DNA of 64,000 nt, from positions 9,116-73,115 of the forward strand of contig JAFGAZ010000004.1 in assembly GCA_016933455.1 (NCBI GenBank). The letters run 5' to 3'. Positions 28,249 through 38,558 of the stretch are shown here, piece after piece. The notes below the pieces were generated by a model, which was not told the DNA's origin, made no database searches, and worked only from the letters and a program-made list of their open reading frames with translations. The translations under genes were made by a program, and so were the position numbers. How positions within the stretch are numbered: position 1 is the first letter of the stretch; each line of letters starts with the position of its first letter. This DNA is from Candidatus Aenigmatarchaeota archaeon (GTDB lineage: Archaea; Aenigmatarchaeota; Aenigmatarchaeia; Aenigmatarchaeales; Aenigmatarchaeaceae).

Positions 28249-28897
28249 CATAATGCTGACTGTTCAGCTGCTATATGGTTTTTTCTACGACATGTTGGTT
28301 CCAGTTATAGGCGAGACTTATTTGCAGCTTTTTGTTTTCGTTTCCGCGCTTTCTATATACGCTATTTTCGTGTGGAAGTTCTACAAGACGCTTTCGAAAA
28401 GGGACTTGTTTAAGATAGATTTGCAAAAGTACAACAGGTCTGACATAAAGCACAAGAGCATAAGAAAGGCAGGAGGCGTTTTTCTTTACATTCTAAAGTA
28501 CGGCATAATTTTTCCGCTATACATAATGGTCTGGTTCGTTGTCCTGTCGATGTTCATGCTGCTTATGACAGAGGAAGCAAGTGTTAGCACAATTCTTTTG
28601 CTATCCATATCTGTTGTCTCTGCAACAAGAATGGTTACCTACTACAAGGAGGATTTGTCATCAGACATTGCAAAACTAATACCCTTTGCTTTGTTGGCAA
28701 TTTCCTTGACAAACACTAGCTTCTTTTCCATAGATGCCGCTATAGCCAGGCTTTCCGAGGTTCCCCTGCTTTGGTCAAGCATAATGCAGTTCTTGCTATT
28801 TTCAATAGTTTTGGAATGGATATTGAGGGCAATGTATCTATTAAAGAAATACATTGAGAAAAGAGGAAGCATGGAAAATACAAAGGCTTCAGATTAG
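28241..28897 (+). CDS. Polytopic membrane protein, 218 aa.
   Basis: Five to six TM helices. Its start overlaps the previous gene. Confidence 0.55.
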   Translation: MVDIMLTVQLLYGFFYDMLVPVIGETYLQLFVFVSALSIYAIFVWKFYKTLSKRDLFKIDLQKYNRSDIKHKSIRKAGGVFLYILKYGIIFPLYIMVWFVVLSMFMLLMTEEASVSTILLLSISVVSATRMVTYYKEDLSSDIAKLIPFALLAISLTNTSFFSIDAAIARLSEVPLLWSSIMQFLLFSIVLEWILRAMYLLKKYIEKRGSMENTKASD

Positions 28898-30079
28898 TTC
28901 TATTCCTGTTATTCTTTCTGTAAGCAAGTCCAAAGACCTCAGGTCCTTTCTGCAAAGCTTGTGAATATCCCTTTTGCCTGTTGCAGCTGCGGCCATCTTG
29001 ACTTCTTCTGTGCATGAAGTTATGAAATTGGAAACCTTGCTGACGGCGTCTTCTACATTCAGTTTATTTCTCATTTTCTCTTCCTGGGTTGTTATACCCA
29101 GTGGGCACCTTCCTATGTAGCACTGCTTGCAGTACATGCATCCCATTGATATTAGAAGCGGGAACGACATGAAGACCGCGTCTGCCCCAAGTGCCAAAGC
29201 CTTTGCAACATCAGCACCCTTGTTTAGGCCGCCGCCAATTAGCAGCTCTTGCTTTGCCTTTAGCTTGTCCATTATATTTCTTGCGCGAACAAGAGCGGAT
29301 AGAGCTGGCACTCCGAAATCGTCAAGCATTATGTTGGGAGCTGCCCCTGTTCCACCCTCCATGCCGTCTATTGCTATGACATCGGGATTGGCTTTCAGCG
29401 CCAGCTTGACATCGTTCTCAACGTCCCCGGCCCCAAGTTTTATTATGACAGGCTTGCCGCTGCTTAGCTTTCTTAGCCATGAAACCTTTTTCCTAAGGTC
29501 TGCTATGCACTTTATGTCAGGATGGCAAGGTGGTGAATGGACATCCTTGCCCATCTCTATCTTTCTTATCTTGGCTATTTCCCTTGTAACCTTTCCAGCA
29601 GGCAAAAGTCCTCCTTGTCCGGGCTTTGCGCCCTGTCCTATCTTGATTTCAATCGCATCTGCCTTTTTGATATAATCATCATCAACGCCAAACCTTGCTG
29701 TGGAATACTGCGCTATCAGAAGTTTGGCAATTTTTCTCTCTTCAGGAAGCATGCCTCCCTCTCCTGTGTTTGTCACAGTGCCCACTCTTGCAGTTGCCTT
29801 TGCGATGGCTGTTTTTGCCTCCTTGCTCAGGGCTCCAAAGCTCATGGCGCCTGCGATTATCGGGGTTTCCAGCTTCAAGGGATGCTTGGACAATTTTCCT
29901 ATTGTTGTTTTGGAAGAAATCTTTTCCTCAAAATAGTTGACAGGACTTTTGGTAAGCTGCGCCGGGATGAAGACTAGATTGTCAAAGCTTACTTTGTTTA
30001 GCTTGTCAGACCTGCCCCCTGAAATAAGCGCCTTGCCAGACATTGCCCTGTGCTTTATATCTAAAATCCATTTTTCCAT
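28889..30079 (-). CDS. Glutamate synthase large-subunit FMN-binding-domain homologue (archaeal GltB-domain protein).
   Basis: TNTGEGGMLPEE and KIGQGAKPGQGGLLPAGKV motifs, plus a C-terminal Cys cluster (CMYCKQCYIGRC). Confidence 0.85.
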   Translation of the reverse strand: MEKWILDIKHRAMSGKALISGGRSDKLNKVSFDNLVFIPAQLTKSPVNYFEEKISSKTTIGKLSKHPLKLETPIIAGAMSFGALSKEAKTAIAKATARVGTVTNTGEGGMLPEERKIAKLLIAQYSTARFGVDDDYIKKADAIEIKIGQGAKPGQGGLLPAGKVTREIAKIRKIEMGKDVHSPPCHPDIKCIADLRKKVSWLRKLSSGKPVIIKLGAGDVENDVKLALKANPDVIAIDGMEGGTGAAPNIMLDDFGVPALSALVRARNIMDKLKAKQELLIGGGLNKGADVAKALALGADAVFMSFPLLISMGCMYCKQCYIGRCPLGITTQEEKMRNKLNVEDAVSKVSNFITSCTEEVKMAAAATGKRDIHKLCRKDLRSLDLLTERITGIELI

Positions 30080-30147
30080 ACCAAAACCTTGAAATACAAC
30101 AATTAATAAAATTAATAACTAGCTCGTTAATATAGATTTGTGATTTT

Positions 30148-31095
30148 ATGGACTATGATGTTATCATTATCGGCATAGGGCCGGCAGGACTTTCTGCGGG
30201 CATATATGCTGCAAGAAGAAAGCTAAAGACCCTTGTTATAGGAGAAAAGTTGGGCGGCCAGATGGCATACGCTCACGTTGTCGAGAACTATCCCGGCATC
30301 AAGACCGTTAGCGGCATGGAGCTTGGTGAGATCATGAAGTCCCAGGCAACAGACTCTGGGTGCGAAGTTGTCAATGACACAGTGATTTCATTTGACATTT
30401 CCGGGGAAACAAAAAAGGTAAAAACGCAAAGCAAAGAGTACACTTCCAAGACTGTGATAATAGCAACAGGCATGCAGCACAGAAAGCTTGGCGCCGAGGG
30501 CGAGGACAAGTTCATAGGCAAGGGAGTTTCCTATTGCGCCACTTGTGATGGCCCCCTGTTTAAGGGCAAGACTGTTGCTGTTGTTGGCGGTTCTGATTCT
30601 GCTGTAAAGTCGGCTCTTTATCTAAAGGATGTCGCTTCCAAAGTCATTCTTGTTCATAGAAAGGATTCCCTAAGAGCGGAAGAGGAAAACCAGAGATTGC
30701 TCAAGGAATCCGATGTCGAGGTGGTTTGGAGCAGCGTTGTCGAGAAGATAGACGGCGATGCCAAGGTCAGCAAGATAATCCTCAAGGATGTAAACACAGA
30801 GGAGACATGCGATTTGGATGTTGACGGCGTTTTCATAGAAATAGGCGAGGTGCCCACAACTCAGCTTGTCAAGGCTGCAGGAGTTGATATAACTGAAAAT
30901 AATTACATCAAGGTAAACAGCGACATGGAGACAAATATTCCCGGTGTCTATTCTGCGGGCGATGTTACAGGCTCTTTGGCCCAGATAATAACTGCTGCCT
31001 CAGGAGGAGCTGTTGCTGCGATGAGCGCCTATCTTTTCATCAAGGGCGGATTTTACGGCGAGAAAAAACCTTTGGACTATGGTGCAAAGAAATGA
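30148..31095 (+). CDS. trxB: Thioredoxin-disulfide reductase.
   Basis: FAD site GIGPAGLSAG, redox-active CATCDG, and NADPH site GGSDSAV. Confidence 0.9.
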   Translation: MDYDVIIIGIGPAGLSAGIYAARRKLKTLVIGEKLGGQMAYAHVVENYPGIKTVSGMELGEIMKSQATDSGCEVVNDTVISFDISGETKKVKTQSKEYTSKTVIIATGMQHRKLGAEGEDKFIGKGVSYCATCDGPLFKGKTVAVVGGSDSAVKSALYLKDVASKVILVHRKDSLRAEEENQRLLKESDVEVVWSSVVEKIDGDAKVSKIILKDVNTEETCDLDVDGVFIEIGEVPTTQLVKAAGVDITENNYIKVNSDMETNIPGVYSAGDVTGSLAQIITAASGGAVAAMSAYLFIKGGFYGEKKPLDYGAKK

Positions 31096-31529
31096 AAAAG
31101 ACAACAAAGAAAAAACTAATAAGCGTTTTCATAATTTCCGCATTCCTTTTCAGCAGCTTTGCTTACGCACTGTCGTTTTCATTTTCTTCTACTAACAATG
31201 ACAGCGATGTGTGGGCTGCAGGAATATCCGTTGTGATATTCGGCTCGCAACAGCCAATACCCGCCGGCCTTGGAGTGAATGATGACAATACATATGATAA
31301 ATTATACACCCTTTCCAACGACAACATAATATACAAGAGCACAGACGAGTCTGTGATGGTAAAGGACTTTTTCGAAATATGGGGTGAGAATTTCAACTCT
31401 ACCTGCATCATGAACTATTGCAACAACAACCAAAGCTCCATGGTGATGTATGTCAACGGAGTTTTGAACACCGACTATGAGCTATACACAATTCAGAACA
31501 GGGACGTAATAATTATCGATTACAGATAA
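31092..31529 (+). CDS. Secreted protein, 145 aa.
   Basis: Signal peptide, with the start overlapping the trxB stop (ATGA). Confidence 0.5.
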   Translation: MKKTTKKKLISVFIISAFLFSSFAYALSFSFSSTNNDSDVWAAGISVVIFGSQQPIPAGLGVNDDNTYDKLYTLSNDNIIYKSTDESVMVKDFFEIWGENFNSTCIMNYCNNNQSSMVMYVNGVLNTDYELYTIQNRDVIIIDYR

Positions 31530-32100
31530 TGTCAGATAATACCTGTGTTATGTAATCTTTTTTTCCTACGGTTTTAAGTTCAGTTTCTTTTCCTAAAACA
31601 TTTACACATATACTTTCCATAACATTGTTTTCCAATTCATCTACTTTTACTCTGAAATGTCGGCTCTTTTCTCCACCACTGTTGTTTTTTTCCACGAACT
31701 TGTAGTCTACTAGAAATAGATTTTCTATTTCCATATCATTTATTATCTCATCAATTTTTTTTATTGAATCTATTTTCTTATTTGAGTTATAGCCCAAAAG
31801 AAGGTAAGTCAGTATAGGTTTTCTAAAGTTCGCATCTCTTCCGAAAACACGATAGCTGTTTGTATACCTATTCTTGAATATGTCATATTGGTTTTTTCTA
31901 AAAAAGAACGATTTGTTTTTTTCATTTTCTCTGAATCTTCTTATTTTTAGTTCTATCATGTTCCCGTTGCCTGAAATGTAGTCTATGTTGAAATTTTGAT
32001 TCAAAGGCCTTATTCCCAAATCCTTTGCTATAACGGGTTTTAAAGCATTGTCAAGTTTTGTGGAGTAGCTCTTCTTGTTCATAGAACTTCTTGCTTCCAA
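31513..32100 (-). CDS. Hypothetical protein, 195 aa.
   Basis: ORF only. Confidence 0.5.
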   Translation of the reverse strand: MEARSSMNKKSYSTKLDNALKPVIAKDLGIRPLNQNFNIDYISGNGNMIELKIRRFRENEKNKSFFFRKNQYDIFKNRYTNSYRVFGRDANFRKPILTYLLLGYNSNKKIDSIKKIDEIINDMEIENLFLVDYKFVEKNNSGGEKSRHFRVKVDELENNVMESICVNVLGKETELKTVGKKDYITQVLSDIICNR

Positions 32101-32106
32101 AAGAAT

Positions 32107-33861
32107 TTATTTCTCTAAAACTGCTCTTATTCTTCTAACACCAGCCGCGACACCCTTCTCTTTTACAATCTTGAAATGGCCCAGTTCGTTTGTGTTTTCA
32201 ACATGGGGACCGCTGCATATTTCGCAGGAAAAGTCTCCTATAGAATATACGAAAACCTTGTCTCCGTACTTTTCATCAAAAACTCCCTGAGCTCCCATCT
32301 TCTTGGCTTCTTCTACAGTCGTTTCTATTTTCTTCACATTGATGGCTTCATTTATTTTTTGATTGACCAAATCTTCGACTTGTTTCAACTCCTCATCTGC
32401 AAGTTTTCTGTCAAAGTTGAAATCAAACCTTAGTCTCTCGGGAGTTATGTTAGAACCTCTTTGGTAAATATCGTCTTTTTTCAGAACCCTTCTCAGTGCC
32501 TCGTTTAGAAGGTGTGTTGCAGTGTGAAGCCTTATGGTCTGCTCGGAAGAGTCTGCAAGGCCGCTGCCGAACTTCTTTTCAGAGCCTATTTTGGAAACCT
32601 GCTGGTGCTTTGCTTCCTCTTCATTGAAGCCCTTCTCGTCAACTTCAATGTTGCTTTCCTCCCCAAGCTCCTTTGTCATTTCTATGGGAAATCCAAAGCT
32701 CTGGAAAAGCAGGAATGCGTCCTTTCCGTCTATCTTCCCCTTTTCCTCGGCAATTCTTTGGAATTTTCTAAGGCCCTTGTTTAGGGTGTTCTTGAATTTC
32801 TTTTCTTCCTTTTCAAGTTCAGATGTTATGAAATTTCTGTTTTCTTCCAGATGAGGATACGTTTCCTTGTAGTTCTCAATAACAGTCTCAACAATACCCC
32901 TTAGAAAATCATCCTCTATGCCCAGAAGCTTGCCGTGCCTTATGGACCTTCTTAGCAGCCTTCTTAGCACATAGCCGTGCTCTACGTTTTTCGGTACAAC
33001 TTTTTCCGCAAGAATGAAAGTTGCGGCCCTGACATGATCGGCTATTATCCTCATCGAGCGCTTGTTGTCAGCGTATTTTTTTCCGCTTATGTTTTCTATT
33101 TTCTGAATCAGAGGCAAAAAGTCGTTTGTCAAATAATTATCATCAAGACCGCTGAGCACGGCGGTCTGCCTCTCGACTCCGCCGCCGAAATCAACGTTCT
33201 TCTGCTGCATTTGCTTTAGGCTGCCGTCCTTTTGCTTGTCATACTGCATGAAAACGTTGTTGCCTATCTCTACCCATCTCTTGTCATCAACATCAAATTT
33301 TTCCGGAACAGGAACATTGTTTGGTGACCAGTAAAAGACCTCGCTGTCAGGACCGCATGGTCCGGTCTCTCCCGCAGGGCCCCACCAGTTTTCATCCTTT
33401 CCAAGGAAGGCTATTTTTTCATCAGAAACACCGAGACTTTTTAGTATTTTATATGATTCCTCATCCTTTGGTGCATTCTCGTCGCCCTCAAAGCAGCTAA
33501 AAGCTAGTCTTTCCAAAGGCAGTTTCAAAACCTTGGTTAGAAATTCGAATGTCATGCTTATTGCCTCTTTCTTGAAATAGTCTCCAAGCGACCAGTTGCC
33601 AAGCATCTCGAAAAAGGTGTGATGGCAGTTGTCTCCAACGCTTTCAATGTCAACAGTCCTTATGCATTTCTGGAAATTGACAAGCCTTTTTCCCTGCGGA
33701 TGCGGCTGGCCAAGAAGGAACGGTACAATAGGATGCATGCCCGCTGTTGTGAACAAGACTGTGGGATCGTTCTCAGGTATCAAGGGAGCATTGGGAATAA
33801 CAGAGTGACCCTTGCCTATGAAAAAATCAATGTATAGTTTTTTGAGTTCTTTGGAATCCAC
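32107..33861 (-). CDS. alaS: Alanyl-tRNA synthetase of bacterial type, 584 aa. It carries the catalytic, tRNA-recognition and editing domains but no C-terminal C-Ala domain.
   Basis: FTTAGM, QKCIRT.DIESVGD..HHTFFEMLGNWSLGDYFK, WGPAGETGPCGP and IADHVRA..F...E motifs. The editing-domain HTATHLL and CSGPHV..T.ELG.F are present, and the ORF ends right after the editing domain. Confidence 0.9.
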   Translation of the reverse strand: MDSKELKKLYIDFFIGKGHSVIPNAPLIPENDPTVLFTTAGMHPIVPFLLGQPHPQGKRLVNFQKCIRTVDIESVGDNCHHTFFEMLGNWSLGDYFKKEAISMTFEFLTKVLKLPLERLAFSCFEGDENAPKDEESYKILKSLGVSDEKIAFLGKDENWWGPAGETGPCGPDSEVFYWSPNNVPVPEKFDVDDKRWVEIGNNVFMQYDKQKDGSLKQMQQKNVDFGGGVERQTAVLSGLDDNYLTNDFLPLIQKIENISGKKYADNKRSMRIIADHVRAATFILAEKVVPKNVEHGYVLRRLLRRSIRHGKLLGIEDDFLRGIVETVIENYKETYPHLEENRNFITSELEKEEKKFKNTLNKGLRKFQRIAEEKGKIDGKDAFLLFQSFGFPIEMTKELGEESNIEVDEKGFNEEEAKHQQVSKIGSEKKFGSGLADSSEQTIRLHTATHLLNEALRRVLKKDDIYQRGSNITPERLRFDFNFDRKLADEELKQVEDLVNQKINEAINVKKIETTVEEAKKMGAQGVFDEKYGDKVFVYSIGDFSCEICSGPHVENTNELGHFKIVKEKGVAAGVRRIRAVLEK

Positions 33862-33953
33862 TAAATCACTTTATAGAATATTTGCAAACAATTTTATAAA
33901 ATAACGTCTGGGAAAGATAAAATAAAAAAGAAAACTAAGAAAAGTCGAAAGTT

Positions 33954-35453
33954 CTATTTCTTGAACCAAAGTTCCCAACCGATTATGATGACTGCAGCGA
34001 CTGCTATTATCACCACACCCAGCTGCAACACGTTCTTTGGAATCGCTTCCAGAAGGCCAGTTGCAGGTGAGACAAGGCTTAATGCGACCATCTTCTCTGC
34101 CAATGCACCCTCGTCGGATACTGCAGAAAATGTTATGTCCCTTGCTTCTGTCTCGTTGTCGGGCACATAGATTATCACAAGGTAGTCCTTGGAGCTTCCG
34201 GCCATTATGTCGCTTGACAATGGGAACGTAAGCACCCAGTCAGACGGCACGCCTTCGAAACCAAGTTCAACGCCTGTAAGGTCCATGTCTCCGTTGTTGT
34301 TTACAGTCAGAACCAAAGTGTCGTTCGAGCCTGCAGGAATTGTTATAGCTTCGTCTCCGCTTATCGTGATCTCGGCAGTTGGTGTTTCCGGTACTTCTTG
34401 CTCGGGTTCTTCCTCTTCCTCGGGGACTTCGGGCTCAACAACCACCTGTCCGCCGACGTTGAGTAACTCGCCGTCACGTATACCGTTGTAGCTTCCTATA
34501 ACGATCCAAGAACCGCTGTTCTCAGTTTCATAGACATTGTCTGTCCATGTACCTTTAGCCTCGCTGTCGATTTCCCACGATGTGTCATCTGTAACATCGA
34601 TTTGGTTTCCGAAGATGTCGCTTGCGATTGCGTTGAACACAACCTTCTGACCTAAACCTGCGTCAAGGTCGTCTGCGACTATCTTCAAAGTCTCTATGCT
34701 TCCCGCTTCGACTTTTACAGTTTTTGTTGCAAATAACTTGCTATTAACATCACTCACAGTTATCGTCTGCTCTCCTGCTGTCTTTAGCTTTACAGTAAAG
34801 GACTTGTAACCTTTGTCCGAACCAGAAAATGTGTATGTTTCGGCCAATGTCGCCAGGGGGTCAGAGGAACTGAAAGTTATTGTTCCTGCATAATCGGTTT
34901 TTATTCTGTCGGAACTGTCGTATGCCGTCACTGTCACTCCCAATGAGCTGCCGGCGTCTGTTGAGGAAGATCCTGTAACCTTAAAGTATGCCAAAGGTGC
35001 TGAACCTGTTTTTGTTGTTATACTTCCTGTGTTTTCAGAACCTGAGACATCCACGGTCTTCCAAGACCATGTGAACTCGCCTTGCTCGCTTGGTGATTTT
35101 GCTCTCACGCCAAAGCTTTCCATCTCGCTAACAGATATTCCATTGCCTTCTGTTGTCCAAATTACCTTGTATGGAGTGTTGCCATCCTTTGTTGTGTATG
35201 CGTATTTCCAACCTTGCGGGGTTGTAAACTCAAGCAACTTGTACAAAGGTATCTGGTTTCTCTCCGGAACTGTTAATTCGACCCTAACAATGTTGTCCCC
35301 GCCGCCGTTCACAACGCCGAATGTGACGTCCTGCTCGGTGCCCATGGACCACTCGCTAGGCTGGAATGAAGTTTGTGTGGAGTGTGTTGCCATAACTGCT
35401 GTTACTGAAAGAACCAATAACATAATTACTGGTACCAATTTTGCTAATTTCAT
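33954..35453 (-). CDS. Secreted cell-surface protein, 499 aa, with a C-terminal TM anchor.
   Basis: Signal peptide, Thr/Ser-rich beta-rich body, acidic PEVPEEEEEPEQEVPETP linker, and a C-terminal hydrophobic helix followed by KK. Confidence 0.65.
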   Translation of the reverse strand: MKLAKLVPVIMLLVLSVTAVMATHSTQTSFQPSEWSMGTEQDVTFGVVNGGGDNIVRVELTVPERNQIPLYKLLEFTTPQGWKYAYTTKDGNTPYKVIWTTEGNGISVSEMESFGVRAKSPSEQGEFTWSWKTVDVSGSENTGSITTKTGSAPLAYFKVTGSSSTDAGSSLGVTVTAYDSSDRIKTDYAGTITFSSSDPLATLAETYTFSGSDKGYKSFTVKLKTAGEQTITVSDVNSKLFATKTVKVEAGSIETLKIVADDLDAGLGQKVVFNAIASDIFGNQIDVTDDTSWEIDSEAKGTWTDNVYETENSGSWIVIGSYNGIRDGELLNVGGQVVVEPEVPEEEEEPEQEVPETPTAEITISGDEAITIPAGSNDTLVLTVNNNGDMDLTGVELGFEGVPSDWVLTFPLSSDIMAGSSKDYLVIIYVPDNETEARDITFSAVSDEGALAEKMVALSLVSPATGLLEAIPKNVLQLGVVIIAVAAVIIIGWELWFKK

Positions 35454-35560
35454 ACTACTATAACAATAGAAAAAGATTTAAGCTTAATTTTGAAAAAAAT
35501 CTTCTAGTACATGATTAGTACAGAAATTCTTTTTATTATAATTAGAATTATAAACACAGA

Positions 35561-36082
35561 TTAGTTAATTTCTATTTTCTCTTCCGGTTTTGTCAAAATT
35601 TTTGCGACATGCAAGTCATGCGCGATTGAATATGAGTCATACTTCATTTTAGTGCTAGGTATGTCAATATTCAGACTTTCTTTGAGAACTTGTTTGAACT
35701 TTTCAGGATCTTTGACAATTTCTCTCTTTTCAATCAAATAATATCTGTTGTATAAAACAGACCTTCTTTCATTTTCTCTGTAATTGTCCAAAAAACTAGT
35801 GTTTGCTTCGTTTTCCTGGACAAGTGTTCTGTCTTCTCCTAGGTCAAGAAATCTTAGAGAAAATTCTTTTTTTCGACCAAAGGGATCGAATTCTTCTTCA
35901 AAGTCTATTGTTCCCTTATCTTCGCCTTTTTTTTCGACAGTCCAGTATTTTTCTTGGCTGACGGAAAAATTATATTTTTCTGTTCCATTCATTGCTTTTT
36001 CAAGACTTTTGACAGCTTCTGGAGCTTCTTCAAAATTACCGTAAGGTATACGACGCCAGACAGTAAATACACCGTCACCCAT
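35561..36082 (-). CDS. Hypothetical protein of about 174 aa. The start is moved to the internal Met (MGDGVFT), which removes the overlap with L12.
   Basis: Promoter motif aaaagatttaagtc at 36101-36114 lies 19-32 nt upstream of the ATG at 36082. Confidence 0.5.
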   Translation of the reverse strand: MGDGVFTVWRRIPYGNFEEAPEAVKSLEKAMNGTEKYNFSVSQEKYWTVEKKGEDKGTIDFEEEFDPFGRKKEFSLRFLDLGEDRTLVQENEANTSFLDNYRENERRSVLYNRYYLIEKREIVKDPEKFKQVLKESLNIDIPSTKMKYDSYSIAHDLHVAKILTKPEEKIEIN

Positions 36083-36182
36083 TAGACAACAATGGTTGAA
36101 AAAAGATTTAAGTCTTTCGAAAATGCAACTAGAAAAACAATTAGAAAAAGCTGAATCGAAAGCTTGGCTGAAATTAAAAAAA

Positions 36183-36479
36183 CTAACCAAATAGACCGGC
36201 CAAGCCTTCGACTGCTTGCTCAGCTTTCTTTGAGTCGTCCTCTTCGGTTGACTCTTCTTTCTTTGCTGCGCCTGCATCTGCTGGTGCTGCGGAAGCTACT
36301 GGCATTGCTGCCTTGCTTATCGCTTCTTCGATGTTAACTCCGTCCAATGCTGCGACAACTGCCTTGACTTTTCCTGTGTCGGGCGTTATGCCTGCTGCCT
36401 GCAAGACCTTTGTTAGGTTGGCTTCGTCAACACTCTGCTTTGCACTGTGCAATAAAAGCGCGCTGTATATCATTTCCAT
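36183..36479 (-). CDS. rpl12: 50S ribosomal stalk protein L12 (P1).
   Basis: [16 protein letters not shown]-terminus, Ala/Pro hinge and an acidic C-terminus ending in GLAGLFG. Confidence 0.85.
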   Translation of the reverse strand: MEMIYSALLLHSAKQSVDEANLTKVLQAAGITPDTGKVKAVVAALDGVNIEEAISKAAMPVASAAPADAGAAKKEESTEEDDSKKAEQAVEGLAGLFG

Positions 36480-36495
36480 TTTTTACACCTCGTTA

Positions 36496-37377
36496 TTATG
36501 ATTGCTCCTCTTCTTTTTTCTCTGCAGGCTCTTGTTCATTCTCTGTTTCGCCTTCAGATTTTTCTTTTGGAGCTTGCTCTTTTGATTTCTCTTCCTCTTT
36601 TGGAGCACCGCTGTCAACCAAGGCTTCCAAAGCCTTTGCTTCCATTTGTGCCTTTGAGAGCATGAAACCAATAGTAACCTTTGTCGGGAAGCCGGAGTTC
36701 ATTGAAAGGTTGAATGCGTTCTGCACTGCCAGCTGGATGTCGCTTACCAGCTTAACCTCGTCTACGAACATCTGGTCCTTTGTGTATATTGCCTTGTCCT
36801 CGGCGAATGCCAAGACATTAAGGCTCACCTTCATGGGAGTAATTTTAAGCATCTGCAAAGCCGATGACAAATCGATCGAAACCGGCTCTCCTGCCTTGCA
36901 TGGTGTGCAATCCTTTATTATTGCAATGGTCGGTCCTTGCACTTTTCCTAGTATCTTTACTTTTGAAAGGGTCGATATTGCTGGGCCGGGTGGTATTTGT
37001 GTTGGCCCTGCCTTTACAACAACGTCTTCTTCCGGAACGTCACCTGGCTTTGCCGACCTTTTTTCCACCTGCTTTGAAATTAATGAATATAATTTGAAGG
37101 GGTCCTCTTTGCTGAATATCAATGCCGGATATCCCACAACATACTCCTTGAGGTTCTCCCTACCAGCCTTTTCTAGGGCAAAGTTTATCATCCTCTTTTT
37201 TGCGACTCTTATCTTCATCTTGTCTTTCAGGTTCATCTTGATGTTTTGAAGGGCGAAAGCAGGCATCTTGTGAAGGTCTATTAGACCCACCACAGGGTAC
37301 TCTTTTAGCATTACAGCTAGCTCTTCAACTACCTGCTTCTTTTTCGGGTTTATGTCGCTTCTTCCTTTTTTCTCCAT
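36496..37377 (-). CDS. rpl10: 50S ribosomal protein L10 (P0).
   Basis: Length and pattern of archaeal P0, with a C-terminal acidic tail (EEKKEEEQS-type) mirroring L12. Confidence 0.85.
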   Translation of the reverse strand: MEKKGRSDINPKKKQVVEELAVMLKEYPVVGLIDLHKMPAFALQNIKMNLKDKMKIRVAKKRMINFALEKAGRENLKEYVVGYPALIFSKEDPFKLYSLISKQVEKRSAKPGDVPEEDVVVKAGPTQIPPGPAISTLSKVKILGKVQGPTIAIIKDCTPCKAGEPVSIDLSSALQMLKITPMKVSLNVLAFAEDKAIYTKDQMFVDEVKLVSDIQLAVQNAFNLSMNSGFPTKVTIGFMLSKAQMEAKALEALVDSGAPKEEEKSKEQAPKEKSEGETENEQEPAEKKEEEQS

Positions 37378-37381
37378 GAAA

Positions 37382-38020
37382 TCACAACTTGAACTTTACC
37401 GGCTTACCCATGGTAAGCTTGATAACATAATTTCTTACCTGCTCCTTGCTCTTTGGCAACTTGCTTATTACAGTGTTTATGATGGCGTCTATGTTCTCAG
37501 CCACCTTCTCGTCTGACATCTCTTCGTTTCCTACGCTAAGGTGTATTGCGGGCGATGTCTTTAGCTGTATCTTTAAAACATTTCTCCTGCTGTTGACATT
37601 AGACTTTAGGTCTGCAGAAGGCGGTATTGGTACGGGCATTAGGTTTCTTGGTGCTAGAATAGGACCCAGGTTCTTACCAACAAGAGGCATAAGCGGTGCT
37701 TCTGCCACAAAGTACGAGCACTGTTTTGCTAACTTCTTTGCCCCTTTTTTGTCCTTGCTGAATTTTTCCAATTGGTCCCTTTTTATAACAATAACATCTT
37801 CCATGTCCTTTGCCTGGGATGCCAAAGAATCAACTATGACGCCTATCTTTGTCTTTTTGCCTGTGTCGTTTGGCAGGCTCATCTCGGCCTTTATTCTGTT
37901 CTCCGGCTTTTTCAGGTCTATGTTTTTTAGATTTATGGCTAGGTCAAAGCCTTGTTTGAAATTTCTCTTGTCGCTATTTCTAGCTTCTTTGACTGCTGCT
38001 AATATTTTCTCGTCAACCAT
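37382..38020 (-). CDS. rpl1: 50S ribosomal protein L1.
   Basis: Archaeal L1 pattern (KRNFKQGFDLAINLKNID...) and conserved order L1-L10-L12. Confidence 0.85.
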   Translation of the reverse strand: MVDEKILAAVKEARNSDKRNFKQGFDLAINLKNIDLKKPENRIKAEMSLPNDTGKKTKIGVIVDSLASQAKDMEDVIVIKRDQLEKFSKDKKGAKKLAKQCSYFVAEAPLMPLVGKNLGPILAPRNLMPVPIPPSADLKSNVNSRRNVLKIQLKTSPAIHLSVGNEEMSDEKVAENIDAIINTVISKLPKSKEQVRNYVIKLTMGKPVKFKL

Positions 38021-38090
38021 ACAATCAGCTCACGCACTATGCTACTGCCAAAGCAGTGATGAATAATTACTTTCTAAAGATATTTAAAAC

Positions 38091-38528
38091 TTACTTTGGT
38101 TTGAAATTATCTACAAGGGATTCAAGCAAATAATCTATTGTGGCATTGCTGTTGTTTTCTGTGATTATTTCCAATTTTAATGGGCTTGTCTTTTTTGTTT
38201 TTCCCTTTTCTGTCAGTGTTCTTTCCAGGCTCAATTTAGCGAGCTCTTTTCCGGAAGGAGTCAAAACCCTATAAGTTCTTTCCATTGTCATGGGTTTTCT
38301 AGAATTGAAAGTTTCCTTTACATTTTCTTCTCTTTTAATTGATGAATCCAACCTTTTTGCTATCTCATCTAATTTTTTACTGTGCTCAAAACTTCTGTTA
38401 TAAACAAGATTTGTGTTGAGTAGCACGTTTCCGTTGTCAAAATAAACGCACTTTTTAATGAAATCAGAATACTTTTCCTTTGAAACCTTTTCAACATAAT
38501 TTTTTAATTCTTCCATATCAACTGACAT
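38091..38528 (-). CDS. Hypothetical protein, 145 aa.
   Basis: ORF only. Confidence 0.5.
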   Translation of the reverse strand: MSVDMEELKNYVEKVSKEKYSDFIKKCVYFDNGNVLLNTNLVYNRSFEHSKKLDEIAKRLDSSIKREENVKETFNSRKPMTMERTYRVLTPSGKELAKLSLERTLTEKGKTKKTSPLKLEIITENNSNATIDYLLESLVDNFKPK

Positions 38529-38558
38529 GCTATAATTAGAAACAGTAATTTTTTATTT

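Noticed and set aside
29127-29977. Several plus-strand ORFs of 60-180 aa inside the GltB-like gene.
   Set aside because: They are antisense shadows of a strongly supported minus-strand gene.
35561-36277. Apparent 95-nt overlap between the 238-aa ORF and the L12 gene.
   Set aside because: It is resolved by using the internal Met (ATG at 36082), which sits 19-32 nt downstream of a canonical promoter motif. The upstream extension is likely non-coding.
36410-37249. Plus-strand 279-aa ORF across the L10/L12 genes.
   Set aside because: It is antisense to highly recognisable ribosomal protein genes and is low complexity.
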